64,000 nt of DNA from an uncultured Prevotellaceae bacterium (GTDB lineage: Bacteria; Bacteroidota; Bacteroidia; Bacteroidales; Bacteroidaceae), in contig CAMEWL010000003.1 in NCBI GenBank assembly GCA_945941025.1, forward strand, positions 3,373-67,372. Direction: 5' to 3'. Shown in pieces: positions 9,907 to 19,367 of this stretch. Positions within the stretch are counted from its first letter, which is position 1. Every line of letters begins with the position of its first letter. The translations under genes were made by a program, and so were the position numbers. The notes beneath the pieces were generated by a model that saw only the letters and a program-made list of their open reading frames with translations, was not told the origin of the DNA and did no database searches.

Positions 9907-11280
9907 ATGAAAGAAAAAATCCCTTACAAGATATATCTCACGGAGGATGAGATACCCACACAGTGGTACAACGTAAGAGCCGACATGAAGAATAAGCCAG
10001 CACCGCTTATCAACCCTGCCACACTGAAGCCGCTGACGGCGGAGGACCTGGCGCCTATCTTCTGTGATGAGCTGAACAAGCAGGAGCTGGACAATGACAC
10101 CGCTTACTTTGACATACCTGAGGACATACAGCGTTTCTACCGTATGTACCGTCCGTCACCGCTGGTGCGCGCATACTTCCTGGAGCAGGCTCTGGGTACT
10201 CCGGCTAAGATATATTACAAGTTTGAGGGCAACAACACTTCAGGCTCACACAAGCTCAACTCTTCTATAGCACAGGCTTACTATGCCAAGCAGCAGGGAC
10301 TGAAGGGCGTGACCACCGAGACCGGCGCCGGACAGTGGGGCACGGCTCTCTCTATGGCTTGCTCTTACTTCGGACTGGACTGCCAAGTATATATGGTGAA
10401 GTGCTCATACGAGCAGAAGCCTTTCCGTCGTGAGGTAATGCGCACATACGGCGCAAGCGTCACTCCATCACCATCAATGACCACTGAGGTGGGCCGCAAG
10501 ATTCTCTCTGAGCACCCTGACACTACGGGTTCTCTGGGATGCGCCATCTCTGAGGCTGTGGAGGCTGCCACTAAGCAGGAGGGCTACCGCTATGTGCTGG
10601 GCTCTGTGCTCAACCAAGTGCTGCTGCACCAGACCATCATAGGACTGGAGGCACAGAAGGCGCTGAAGAAGTATGACATCAAGCCTGACATCATCATTGG
10701 CTGCGCCGGCGGCGGCTCTAACCTCGGCGGACTGATAAGCCCGTTTGTTGGTGAGATGCTCCGTGGCGAGAACGACTACAAGATTATTGCCGTAGAGCCT
10801 GCATCATGCCCAAGCTTCACACGAGGCAAGTTCGCATACGACTTCTGCGACACCGGCATGATATGCCCATTGGCTAAGATGTACACACTGGGAAGCCAGT
10901 TCCTGCCAAGCGCTAACCACGCCGGCGGCCTGCGTTTCCATGGCATGAGCCCTATATTGTCACAGCTCTATCACGACGGTCTGTTTGAGGCACGCTCAGT
11001 AGAGCAGACAGAGGTGTTTGCTGCTGCAGAGCAGTTTGCACGCGTGGAGGGAACACTGCCGGCTCCTGAGTCAAGCCACGCTATACGCGTTGCCATTGAC
11101 GAGGCACTGAAGTGCAAGGAGACTGGCGAGGAGAAGACAATACTCTTCGGACTCACCGGAACAGGATACTTTGACCTGTATGCCTACGAGCAGTTTAACA
11201 ACAAGACAATGACTGACGTTATACCAAGTGATGAGACCATAGCTATGGCTCTCGCAAAACTGCCTAAGGTTGACCTCTAA
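9907..11280 (+). CDS. TrpB-like PLP-dependent enzyme (tryptophan synthase beta, type 2 family)
   Basis: 457 aa. The N-terminus MKEKIPYKIYLTEDEIPTQWYN...RPSPLVRAYFLEQALGTPAKIYYKFEGNNTSGSHKLNS is characteristic of the long TrpB2 clade. No other trp genes lie nearby. Confidence 0.8.
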   Translation: MKEKIPYKIYLTEDEIPTQWYNVRADMKNKPAPLINPATLKPLTAEDLAPIFCDELNKQELDNDTAYFDIPEDIQRFYRMYRPSPLVRAYFLEQALGTPAKIYYKFEGNNTSGSHKLNSSIAQAYYAKQQGLKGVTTETGAGQWGTALSMACSYFGLDCQVYMVKCSYEQKPFRREVMRTYGASVTPSPSMTTEVGRKILSEHPDTTGSLGCAISEAVEAATKQEGYRYVLGSVLNQVLLHQTIIGLEAQKALKKYDIKPDIIIGCAGGGSNLGGLISPFVGEMLRGENDYKIIAVEPASCPSFTRGKFAYDFCDTGMICPLAKMYTLGSQFLPSANHAGGLRFHGMSPILSQLYHDGLFEARSVEQTEVFAAAEQFARVEGTLPAPESSHAIRVAIDEALKCKETGEEKTILFGLTGTGYFDLYAYEQFNNKTMTDVIPSDETIAMALAKLPKVDL

Positions 11281-11335
11281 TAACAAGGGCAAGGCTTATC
11301 CTTATATATAGTAAATCATATTTTTCATCAAAATA

Positions 11336-12364
11336 ATGAACTTTTTAGACAGAAACGAGTTTAATTTCCAGCCATCACAAAAGGTAATCGAGGCTGTAAA
11401 GAATTTCGACCCTCAGACTCTCTGCTTCTACACCCGTATATATGATGAGGGCAAGAAGAGTGTAATATCAGTAAGGTTGAGCGAGATATACGGTATTCCT
11501 GAGGAGCAGGTGCTGCTGACATACGGCGGCGAGGACCTGCTGAAGAATGCCATACACTACTTCCTGATGAAGGGAGACAATACGAAAATCCTCATTCCTG
11601 AGTTCTCTTGGTGGTACTATAACCGCGTGGCATCAGAGTGTGACGGAACATTTGAGATGTACCCTCTGCATGAGAAGGATGATACTTTCGCCTATGATAT
11701 CGACGAGGTAATAGAATACACCAACCGTGTGCATCCACGTATGTTGCTGCTGGCTTCACCTAACAATCCTACCGGCAACGGACTGACTCCTGAGGAGACC
11801 GGACGCATAATGGAGAACATTCCGTCTGACACCATGGTGCTCATTGATGAGGCTTACGCTTCGTTCATATCTGATGATACTGACTATATCGCTCCGCTGG
11901 TAAACAAGTACAGCAACTTGATTATATCACGCACACTCTCTAAGTTCTACGGACTGCCAGGCTTGCGCTGCGGATTCGGATTTATAGGCAAGGGCCATGA
12001 CCAGTTCCTCAGCTATACCAACAAGTACCTGGGTTACAACCGTTTCTCTGAGGCTGTGGCACTGGCTGCACTTGACAGCCACGACCACTATCGCAAGGTA
12101 GCTGACGAGATGGAGTGGGACCGCCAGTTGTTCAAGAAGGAACTGGGCTCTCGTCCTGGTTTCAAGGTATATAAGAGCGTGGCTAACTTCATTCTCATAA
12201 AGTATCCTACAGAGATTAAGGAGCGTCTGCAGAAGGCACTCGGCGAACAGGACTACAAGATTAAGTTCATGAGCGACAAGGGACTGGAGGACTGCCTGCG
12301 CATAACCCTCGGACGCAAGGAACAGATACAAACCGTGGTTGACACCATTAAGAGCTTATTGTAA
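11336..12364 (+). CDS. Class I/II PLP aminotransferase-fold enzyme, HisC/CobD-like (aminotransferase or phospho-amino-acid decarboxylase)
   Basis: SPNNPTG and SRTLSKFYGLPGLRCGF (PLP lysine) motifs as in histidinol-phosphate aminotransferase and threonine-phosphate decarboxylase. Confidence 0.75.
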   Translation: MNFLDRNEFNFQPSQKVIEAVKNFDPQTLCFYTRIYDEGKKSVISVRLSEIYGIPEEQVLLTYGGEDLLKNAIHYFLMKGDNTKILIPEFSWWYYNRVASECDGTFEMYPLHEKDDTFAYDIDEVIEYTNRVHPRMLLLASPNNPTGNGLTPEETGRIMENIPSDTMVLIDEAYASFISDDTDYIAPLVNKYSNLIISRTLSKFYGLPGLRCGFGFIGKGHDQFLSYTNKYLGYNRFSEAVALAALDSHDHYRKVADEMEWDRQLFKKELGSRPGFKVYKSVANFILIKYPTEIKERLQKALGEQDYKIKFMSDKGLEDCLRITLGRKEQIQTVVDTIKSLL

Positions 12365-13099
12365 ATGAAGGCGGTAATACTTGCGGCGGGCATGGCTTCA
12401 CGTCTGCGTCCGCTTACAGAACATACTCCCAAGTGCCTGCTCAGCATAGGCGAGAGGCCTCTGTTGCAGCGTTCCATGGACGCACTGATACAGGGCGGCA
12501 TAAAGGATTTCGTCATCGTGACGGGATACCTGCACGAGATGATTGAGCAGTTTGTGGCTAAGACCTACGGCGACAGCATCAACGTGGAGTTTATACACAA
12601 CGAGCTTTATGACTCTACCAACAATATCTACTCGCTGTGGTTGGCTCGTCCCGCCGTTGACGGTAAGGACTTCCTGCTGCTTGACAGCGACCTGCTCTAC
12701 GACCCTGCCATCATAAGGCAGGTTATGGAGTGCAGCGCTGCCAACGTTCTGACACTCATACGCCATGAACTGGGCGAGGAGGAGATGAAGGTGGTATGTG
12801 ACGCTCAGGGCACGATAAAAGAGATAAGCAAGACCTGCTCACCATCGGCTGCTGCCGGCGAGAGCCTCGGCATAGAGAAGATCGGGGCATCATACTCTAC
12901 CGCACTGTATAAGGAACTGGAGCAGATGATGAACAATGAGCACCTTGAAAACAAATTCTACGAGCTTGCGTTTGAGAGACTCATCCCACAGGGACACTCT
13001 TACAAGGTGGTAGATGTAACAGAGTTCTTCTCTTGCGAACTTGACACCGTGGAGGACTTTGAGAATGCCAAGGAGAAGATACCCGCAGATTTGTATTAA
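12365..13099 (+). CDS. LicC-like nucleotidyltransferase (phospho-alcohol/sugar-phosphate cytidylyltransferase family)
   Basis: N-terminal MKAVILAAGMASRLRPLTEHTPKCLL signature of NTP transferases. Its ATG directly abuts the TAA of the upstream gene (TAAATG). Confidence 0.8.
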   Translation: MKAVILAAGMASRLRPLTEHTPKCLLSIGERPLLQRSMDALIQGGIKDFVIVTGYLHEMIEQFVAKTYGDSINVEFIHNELYDSTNNIYSLWLARPAVDGKDFLLLDSDLLYDPAIIRQVMECSAANVLTLIRHELGEEEMKVVCDAQGTIKEISKTCSPSAAAGESLGIEKIGASYSTALYKELEQMMNNEHLENKFYELAFERLIPQGHSYKVVDVTEFFSCELDTVEDFENAKEKIPADLY

Positions 13100-13130
13100 G
13101 TCTCGAGGTCTCTATTTGATACAATAAAAT

Positions 13131-13164
13131 AAGGAGTTAAGACATCACTTAGTCTTAACTCCTT
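13131..13164 (+). terminator. Hairpin AAGGAGTTAAGAC-N8-GTCTTAACTCCTT after the nucleotidyltransferase gene
   Basis: Perfect 13-bp stem. Its core GTTAAGAC/GTCTTAAC is the same as the inner stem of the 9740 and 47057 elements. Confidence 0.65.
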
Positions 13165-13306
13165 ATTCTTTTACTTTACTTTTATTCTTTATTCTTTCAC
13201 TACACCTTTTATACTTTACTCTTTACTCTTTACTCTTTATTCTTTCAATACACCTTTTACTCTTTACTCTTTACTCTTTACTCTTTACTCTTTATTCTTT
13301 ATTCGC
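13165..13306. repeat. Heptanucleotide (TACTCTT) tandem repeat in two higher-order blocks
   Basis: ...tactttactctttactctttactctttattctttcaatacaccttttactctttactctttactctttactctttactctttattctttatt. The stop codon of the AmpG-like gene (13292-13294) lies inside it. Confidence 0.85.
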
Positions 13307-14593
13307 CACTTCCTCCTTCTTTCCGAAGTCCGGGTCTATCTTCAGCATGGCTGTTACCACAAACGTTATGATACATGTACACATCACGATGATAAAGAAC
13401 GTCTGATAACCTACGGCATCCTTTATCAAGCCTGACACCATGCCTGGCAACATCAGTCCGAGATAGCTGATACCGGTGCAGATAGAATAGTGTGAAGTCT
13501 TATATTCTCCCTGACTGTAATATAACATATATAAGGTAAGCACCGTGAAGCCCAGTCCGTAGCCAAACTGCTCAACGAAGAGGCATGAGCTGATGAGCGT
13601 CAGTCCCCAGCCTGTGGCTGCTGACGGCATGGCGTATGCAAGATAGATATACACTGCGTCGGGCAGGGTTATGGCACATACCAACGGCCACAACCATTTC
13701 TTCATGCCGTCGCGGCTTACGAGAATGCCGCCGAGGATGCCGCCGAGCATCAGGCCTATCAGTCCGACTGTGCCGTAAGCCAGTCCGTATTCCGTAGGAG
13801 CCATGCCCAGTCCACCGTCTGAGTTAGGACGCATGAGGAATGTCTTTGTCATCGTATTGAGCAATGCCTCAGGGAAACGATACAGAAGAAGGAATGCGAT
13901 AACTACCAGGGTAGCCTTCAATGGGAATTTGGTAAAGAACGTCATCAACGTGCCTTTCAAGCCCTTCCATACATCTGCGGCACTGTCGCCGCTGCCCTTG
14001 TCTGCACTCGGTCGTGGCAACAGCCAGCAATGCCATAGCCACATGGCAATGAACAGTCCTGCCAAACCATAGAACACAAGGCTCCAGGTAAAGGCTATCC
14101 TGTTGCGGAAGATTACCTGCAAGGCTCCGGGTATAGCCACAAGCACACTGTTGCCGAAGATTACGGCACAGCGATAGAACGTGTTTCTGATGCCGACGAA
14201 ATAGGTCTGCGTATGCTCATCAAGGTCGAGCATGTAGAATCCGTCAGCCGATATATCGTGAGTGGCACTGGCAAACGCCATGATAAAGAAACAGCACATA
14301 GTGCCCTGGGACCATGCCGGGGTGTTGAGCGTGAACGCCACGCCTGCCAAGGCAGCACCAATGAGAATCTGCATGGCAAGTATCCACCAGCGCTTAGTGC
14401 GCAGCAGGTCAATGAACGGACTCCACAACGGCTTTATTATCCACGGAAGGTTCAGCCAACCGGTATATAATGCCAACTCAGTGTCGGTCAGTCCCATCTG
14501 CATATACATCACTGCCGCCACTGCTGTGACAAGCACATTGGGCAGTCCCTCTGCAAAATAAAGCGTAGGCACCCATGACCATGGATTTCTCAT
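13292..14593 (-). CDS. ampG: AmpG-family MFS permease (muropeptide-type transporter)
   Basis: N-terminus MRNPWSWVPTLYFAEGLPNVLV and ~12 TM segments, typical of the Bacteroidota AmpG family. Confidence 0.75.
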   Translation of the reverse strand: MRNPWSWVPTLYFAEGLPNVLVTAVAAVMYMQMGLTDTELALYTGWLNLPWIIKPLWSPFIDLLRTKRWWILAMQILIGAALAGVAFTLNTPAWSQGTMCCFFIMAFASATHDISADGFYMLDLDEHTQTYFVGIRNTFYRCAVIFGNSVLVAIPGALQVIFRNRIAFTWSLVFYGLAGLFIAMWLWHCWLLPRPSADKGSGDSAADVWKGLKGTLMTFFTKFPLKATLVVIAFLLLYRFPEALLNTMTKTFLMRPNSDGGLGMAPTEYGLAYGTVGLIGLMLGGILGGILVSRDGMKKWLWPLVCAITLPDAVYIYLAYAMPSAATGWGLTLISSCLFVEQFGYGLGFTVLTLYMLYYSQGEYKTSHYSICTGISYLGLMLPGMVSGLIKDAVGYQTFFIIVMCTCIITFVVTAMLKIDPDFGKKEEVANKE

Positions 14594-14654
14594 ATCAATT
14601 CTTTATAAGTTATTATATTATTTGAAGGATTAACACCTTTATTATATATCGTCA

Positions 14655-14662
14655 CAAAGATA
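14655..14662 (-). promoter_or_regulatory. -7 box TATCTTTG upstream of the AmpG-like gene
   Basis: Plus strand reads caaagata, ~62 nt upstream of the ATG at 14593. Confidence 0.5.
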
Positions 14663-14770
14663 ATATTTTTTTTCTAAACAGCAAAACCACAAGACCGTAA
14701 AATAAAAGATATCTGTCACTAACTTGGATATTATTTTCCATATTATTACATCTTTTACAATAAAAATAAG

Positions 14771-14778
14771 TAACTTTG
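14771..14778 (+). promoter_or_regulatory. -7 box TAACTTTG upstream of the GH43 gene
   Basis: Exact match. It lies inside the long ORF 14724.., which supports the ATG at 14802 as the true start. Confidence 0.55.
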
Positions 14779-14801
14779 TAAAGAATGATTGGATAAATTA
14801 T

Positions 14802-16379
14802 ATGGTCATACGTTTCATATTCCTATTGCTCACTGTCATGACAGTGGCGACTAACCTATCGGCAACCATCCCTCTCGACTGGGGCGACCAAGGCAACGGC
14901 ACCTATCGTAACCCCGTGATTAACGCTGACTATTCTGACCCCGACGTGATACGCGTGGGGGAGAAATACTATATGGTGGCGAGCGACTTCCACTTCATGG
15001 GCATGCAGATACTGGAGAGCCTTGACATGGTAAACTGGCGCATAGTGACGCAGGTGTATAACCGTTTTGATATGCCTAAATGGGATACCAACGAGCGCTA
15101 TGCCGGCGGTTCGTGGGCTCCTGCGCTGCGCTATCACGACGGCAAATACTGGATATTCTTCTGCACACCCCACGAGGGACTCTTCATGACGCAGGCAGAG
15201 AGGCCCGAAGGACCGTGGAGCCCGCTGCACTGCCTGAAGACTGTGGAGAAGTGGGAAGACCCATGCCCTTTCTGGGACAGCGACGGCAGGGCTTACCTCG
15301 GGCGCAGCCAGCATGGTGCCGGACCGATAATACTGCACCGCATGAGTACTGACGGTCGCACACTGCTTGATGACGGCGTTACGATATACACTGGACCGGT
15401 GGCAGAGGGCACAAAGTTCCTGAAGCGTGGCAAGTGGTATTATCTCTCCATTCCCGAGGGAGGAGTGGGCGAAGGATGGCAGACGGTGTTGCGCTCAAAT
15501 AACATATACGGTCCATACGAAAGGAAGGTGGTGCTGGAGCAAGGCACTACCACCATCAACGGTCCGCACCAAGGTGCTCTGGTTGACACACCGCAGGGCA
15601 CATGGTGGTTCTATCACTTTCAGGAGACCGAGGCATTGGGACGCGTGGTGCACCTGCAACCAGTGGAGTGGAAAGACGGATGGCCAATGATAGGCACCGA
15701 CATCGACGGCAACGGCATTGGCGAACCCGTAATGCAGTGGCAGAAACCTCTCACGCTATGCAAGGCTTCGCTGCCACAGACAAGCGATGACTTCAGCGAT
15801 GGGCAGCTCTCGCCGCAGTGGCAATGGAACCACAACCCTGCCGACGAGGCATGGTCGCTGACCGAGAACCTTGGTGCGTTGACACTCCACGCCATGCAGT
15901 CTGACAGTTTCATAAAGGCACGAAACACGCTGACGCAGAAGTGCATGGGCTACGACAGCGAGGCAACAGTAGAGATAGACTTCGCCCACCTTGCCGATGG
16001 CGGCAGGGCCGGCATAGCCTGTATGGGCAAGACCAACGAACTCTTAGGCGTAAGGAAAGACGGCAACGCGCTGCAGCTATACCGCTCCCTTTCTACCTTC
16101 AAGCAGAAAGACGGCACACCACCCACCGAGCGCGACACCATGATATGCTCTCTCAGCGGCACGACAAAGCTATGGCTGCGCATACACCTTGACGTCACAG
16201 CCAGGCAGTTCACCTTCTCATACAGCACCGACGGCGTGACATTCCTCCAGGTAGCCAGTCCCTTCTACACCATCCGCGGCAACTGGAAAGGCATTCGCCT
16301 CGCACTATATCACTACAACACCCGTGCGGCAGAGGGGTATGTCAGCATTGGAAACGTAAAATATAACATAAACAAATAA
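14802..16379 (+). CDS. Glycoside hydrolase family 43 (beta-xylosidase/alpha-L-arabinofuranosidase) with a C-terminal lectin-like domain
   Basis: Signal peptide, then NPVINADYSDPDVIRVGEKYYMVASDF...WAPALRYHDGKYWIFF, a GH43 five-bladed propeller signature. Confidence 0.85.
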   Translation: MVIRFIFLLLTVMTVATNLSATIPLDWGDQGNGTYRNPVINADYSDPDVIRVGEKYYMVASDFHFMGMQILESLDMVNWRIVTQVYNRFDMPKWDTNERYAGGSWAPALRYHDGKYWIFFCTPHEGLFMTQAERPEGPWSPLHCLKTVEKWEDPCPFWDSDGRAYLGRSQHGAGPIILHRMSTDGRTLLDDGVTIYTGPVAEGTKFLKRGKWYYLSIPEGGVGEGWQTVLRSNNIYGPYERKVVLEQGTTTINGPHQGALVDTPQGTWWFYHFQETEALGRVVHLQPVEWKDGWPMIGTDIDGNGIGEPVMQWQKPLTLCKASLPQTSDDFSDGQLSPQWQWNHNPADEAWSLTENLGALTLHAMQSDSFIKARNTLTQKCMGYDSEATVEIDFAHLADGGRAGIACMGKTNELLGVRKDGNALQLYRSLSTFKQKDGTPPTERDTMICSLSGTTKLWLRIHLDVTARQFTFSYSTDGVTFLQVASPFYTIRGNWKGIRLALYHYNTRAAEGYVSIGNVKYNINK

Positions 16380-16384
16380 AGACT

Positions 16385-16918
16385 ATGAGTTACGATATAA
16401 TGATAATAGACCATCAACCACGATTCAAGGATGGCAAAGAGTTTTATACATGGTATGACCATGTGACGCAATGGAATGACACAATAGATTACAACGACTA
16501 CCGTCATACCACGAATAGCCTGCAACAGTTGTTTGTAGAGATGAAAGACGTGGTAAGACCACTTAACGGAGAGTTCGCTCCATCTGATGATGAGTTGGAA
16601 ACAGGAGAATATCTGGAGGCTGACTACAGTATAGGCAAAGACTTTATCTACATAGCATTGGCATGGACTGATTGTGAAAAGACGAGTAAAAAAGCTTTTG
16701 TCCTTGCTCAGAAATACAAACTCGCATATTTCGATGCGAGTGGAGACGAAGAACTGCATCTCCCTGATGGCCGTCACATCCTTGTATCAGAACGGCAATT
16801 GATTGATGATGCAGATGTAGGGAATACTCAAAAGGAGAATAAGAGTTCCTTCGGACTGTATGCCGGCATATTGTTATTACTGATCTTATCCGCTATATAT
16901 TTTTTTGTCAAACGATGA
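16385..16918 (+). CDS. Hypothetical protein with a C-terminal TM anchor
   Basis: 177-aa ORF, A+T-richer than its neighbours, overlapping the next gene by 4 nt. No family recognised. Confidence 0.6.
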   Translation: MSYDIMIIDHQPRFKDGKEFYTWYDHVTQWNDTIDYNDYRHTTNSLQQLFVEMKDVVRPLNGEFAPSDDELETGEYLEADYSIGKDFIYIALAWTDCEKTSKKAFVLAQKYKLAYFDASGDEELHLPDGRHILVSERQLIDDADVGNTQKENKSSFGLYAGILLLLILSAIYFFVKR

Positions 16919-17661
16919 ATGAACATATTATGACTAAGGTTTTATTATTTGCTATACTTCTTTTTGTGGTTGGCTTGAACTACATTTGCGTGGTAGTTTT
17001 CAAAAGCAATCCCGACATTATTTCAGGATTCAAGATGAGTGATGAACCAGAGCAGAGAGCCCTTGACGAAGTTTGGCTGAATAAGATGTCCAGATATTTG
17101 ACTATCGCAAACATCGTGACGCTTACAGGAGGTCTTATTGGAATAATATTCGATTTGCAGATATTATACTATGTTTCTTTAGTCCTGCCCCTTATTCTTG
17201 CTTTATTATTCGGTTATATACAAAGGAAAGGAGCGAAAGGGGAAAAGAAGAAAAATGTGGCAGTAATTGCTACACTCATATTCACTATTCTTCTAATCAG
17301 TCTGCCTGTCTTTTACACTTTTAACAGTGACCTTGAGGTAACGCTTACCGATAAGGAAATGACTATTGGCGGCTTATATGGTTTAGATATCCCTCTACAG
17401 GAAATAAAAGAAAAGAGTCTTTGTCAGTCACTCCCTGCCATTAGCACTAAGACAAATGGCTTTGCATTAGCAAAAACCCGCTTAGGACATTTCCGAACAG
17501 CAACAGGTGAAGACATAATGCTGTTCACTCATTCGGACTCTTGTTTCCTAAGGATTACAAGAACTAATGGCGTAACATACTACCTCTCTTCAAAAGACAA
17601 AAAAGCAACAGGACAACTATTCACAGAACTACAGAAGAAACAAAACTGCAAAACAAAATGA
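16915..17661 (+). CDS. Hypothetical multi-pass membrane protein with a soluble C-terminal domain
   Basis: 248-aa ORF with four hydrophobic segments followed by a ~100-aa soluble tail. ATGA overlaps on both sides suggest an operon. Confidence 0.6.
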   Translation: MNEHIMTKVLLFAILLFVVGLNYICVVVFKSNPDIISGFKMSDEPEQRALDEVWLNKMSRYLTIANIVTLTGGLIGIIFDLQILYYVSLVLPLILALLFGYIQRKGAKGEKKKNVAVIATLIFTILLISLPVFYTFNSDLEVTLTDKEMTIGGLYGLDIPLQEIKEKSLCQSLPAISTKTNGFALAKTRLGHFRTATGEDIMLFTHSDSCFLRITRTNGVTYYLSSKDKKATGQLFTELQKKQNCKTK

Positions 17662-18653
17662 AGGTGTCTGTGTTTCCCCTGCGTCACATACTGCTGTGGC
17701 TGATGTTCATGGCATTACTCCCTGCCAACGCGCAGCGGTTGGTGATGCCGGCGGCGTTGAGGGCTGGCGACACCATCGCCATAGTGTCGCCGTCGAGCAC
17801 TCCCGATACGCTGACGGTGGAGAATGGATGCCAGACACTGCGCGAATGGGGCTATGTGCCTGTGGTGGCACCCCATGCGCTGAACAGTTGGCACGGCTTC
17901 GCCGGTACTGCTGATGAGCGCGCCGCCGATATGTTGTGGGCACTGAGAGACTCCACCGTCAAGGCCATAATATGCAGTCGCGGTGGTGATGGTGCAGTGC
18001 AGGTATTAATGCGCATACAGCTGAGCGAGTTTCGCCAGCACCCTAAGTGGGTGATGGGCTTCAGCGATGCCACGGCACTGCATAGTGCAGAGGTGGCAGC
18101 AGGGGTGATGAGCATACACTGCTCCATGTGCGACGGCATCTCCATGCGCGGCGAGCGCGACTCCGTCAATGCCATACTGCAACGGCTGTTGCAAGGTGAG
18201 ATGCCTTCATATCATGTGTCGGCACATCCTCTCAACCAATACGGAGAGGCGGAGGGCATACTGGTGGGCGGCAATATGTCTGTGTTCTGCGGACTGGCAG
18301 GCTCGGAGTATGATTTCCTTAACCGCATAGATGAAGGCTTGATACTATTCATAGAAGACACCGGCGAGTCAATGTCGAAGGTGGACCGTATGCTCCACCA
18401 CCTTGAGATACGCGGCATACTGCCGCGCCTGAAAGGCATCATCGTGGGACATTTCTCAAAATACAAGAGTCCCGACAGCGGTTTCAACGATATGTACGAC
18501 ATGCTCCATGAGTACCTGCGGCACTACCCCATCCCCGTCTGTTACGACTTCCCCATCGGTCATCACAGCGGCCTTAATCTACCTATGGTAGAAGGCTGTC
18601 GCGTGAATCTGACAGTAGGAGACAGCGGCACGTTGGTCATACCGGCAGAGTAA
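17658..18653 (+). CDS. LD-carboxypeptidase (peptidase S66, LdcA/MccF-like), predicted exported
   Basis: GDTIAIVSPSS, SRGGDG and the GFSDATAL (Ser nucleophile) motifs, with an N-terminal signal-like segment LLWLMFMALLPANAQ. Confidence 0.8.
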   Translation: MKVSVFPLRHILLWLMFMALLPANAQRLVMPAALRAGDTIAIVSPSSTPDTLTVENGCQTLREWGYVPVVAPHALNSWHGFAGTADERAADMLWALRDSTVKAIICSRGGDGAVQVLMRIQLSEFRQHPKWVMGFSDATALHSAEVAAGVMSIHCSMCDGISMRGERDSVNAILQRLLQGEMPSYHVSAHPLNQYGEAEGILVGGNMSVFCGLAGSEYDFLNRIDEGLILFIEDTGESMSKVDRMLHHLEIRGILPRLKGIIVGHFSKYKSPDSGFNDMYDMLHEYLRHYPIPVCYDFPIGHHSGLNLPMVEGCRVNLTVGDSGTLVIPAE

Positions 18654-18676
18654 GCCTTGTTATTTATTTTATCAGG

Positions 18677-18790
18677 TCAAGCCGGTAGCAAGGGAGTGAA
18701 TTTGTAGTCCTTGGAGTGCCGTAGCCCAAACATAATGTTACTGCTGGTGGTTCCTGTAAACAGTATCAAGTCGTCATCATAGGATGTAAA
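18677..18790 (-). pseudogene. 3' remnant of a paralog of the 525-aa gene at 19961..21538
   Basis: Translation ...DDDLILFTGTTSSNIMFGLRHSKDYKFTPLLPA* aligns with the C-terminus ...YDDELILFTGAHDGNGLFEQRHTDGYKLTPCYW. The DNA is visibly similar to 19975-20090. There is no N-terminal part. Confidence 0.65.
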
Positions 18791-18992
18791 ACAAATAAAC
18801 TCTCCCACGTTACAAATTGCAACGTGGGAGAATCTGTTTTTTATGTTAGACCGTAAACGATTTACCAATCAGAATTAGATAGTCCACTAACAATTTTCGG
18901 CGTATGGCTTATTTTTATTTATTCATCGGCATTTTTTTTTATTATTATACTCTCCACCTATCTTATCGAATACAGTGACTTCGTCACACATA

Positions 18993-19367
18993 CTACACCG
19001 GCACACCTGTACGTATAACCTCGCGATAGATGGGCGTATCCTCACCGCTTTCAAGGAGGATGGGCTCAATGTAACTGCTGATATCGCGAGTGGCACGACC
19101 GAGAGAGACGGCAGTATCCCACCAATTGTCTTTATCTACCTTTGGCACAATGACAGCAACGTCAATGTCGCTCCATTCATTGGGGCAATCTTTGGCATAG
19201 GAGCCGAACATAATCACCTTCATAGCCGGATCGAAGCGTGGAGCAATGACTTCCTTATAGCGACGCACTAACTCCAAGGCAAAATCCTTTGGGAGAATGC
19301 CCTGTATGGTGTCAGGCGTGAAATCTATTGGGTTGATAACTTTTCCCTTAGTCTTTTGAGTATCCAT
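18993..19367 (-). CDS. Nucleotidyltransferase-domain protein (MNT antitoxin of a HEPN-MNT pair)
   Basis: VIMFGSYAKDCPNEWSDIDVAVIV is the GS-x(n)-D-x-D minimal nucleotidyltransferase motif. The start is uncertain (ATG 19367 or 19400) and overlaps the HEPN gene. Confidence 0.8.
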   Translation of the reverse strand: MDTQKTKGKVINPIDFTPDTIQGILPKDFALELVRRYKEVIAPRFDPAMKVIMFGSYAKDCPNEWSDIDVAVIVPKVDKDNWWDTAVSLGRATRDISSYIEPILLESGEDTPIYREVIRTGVPV

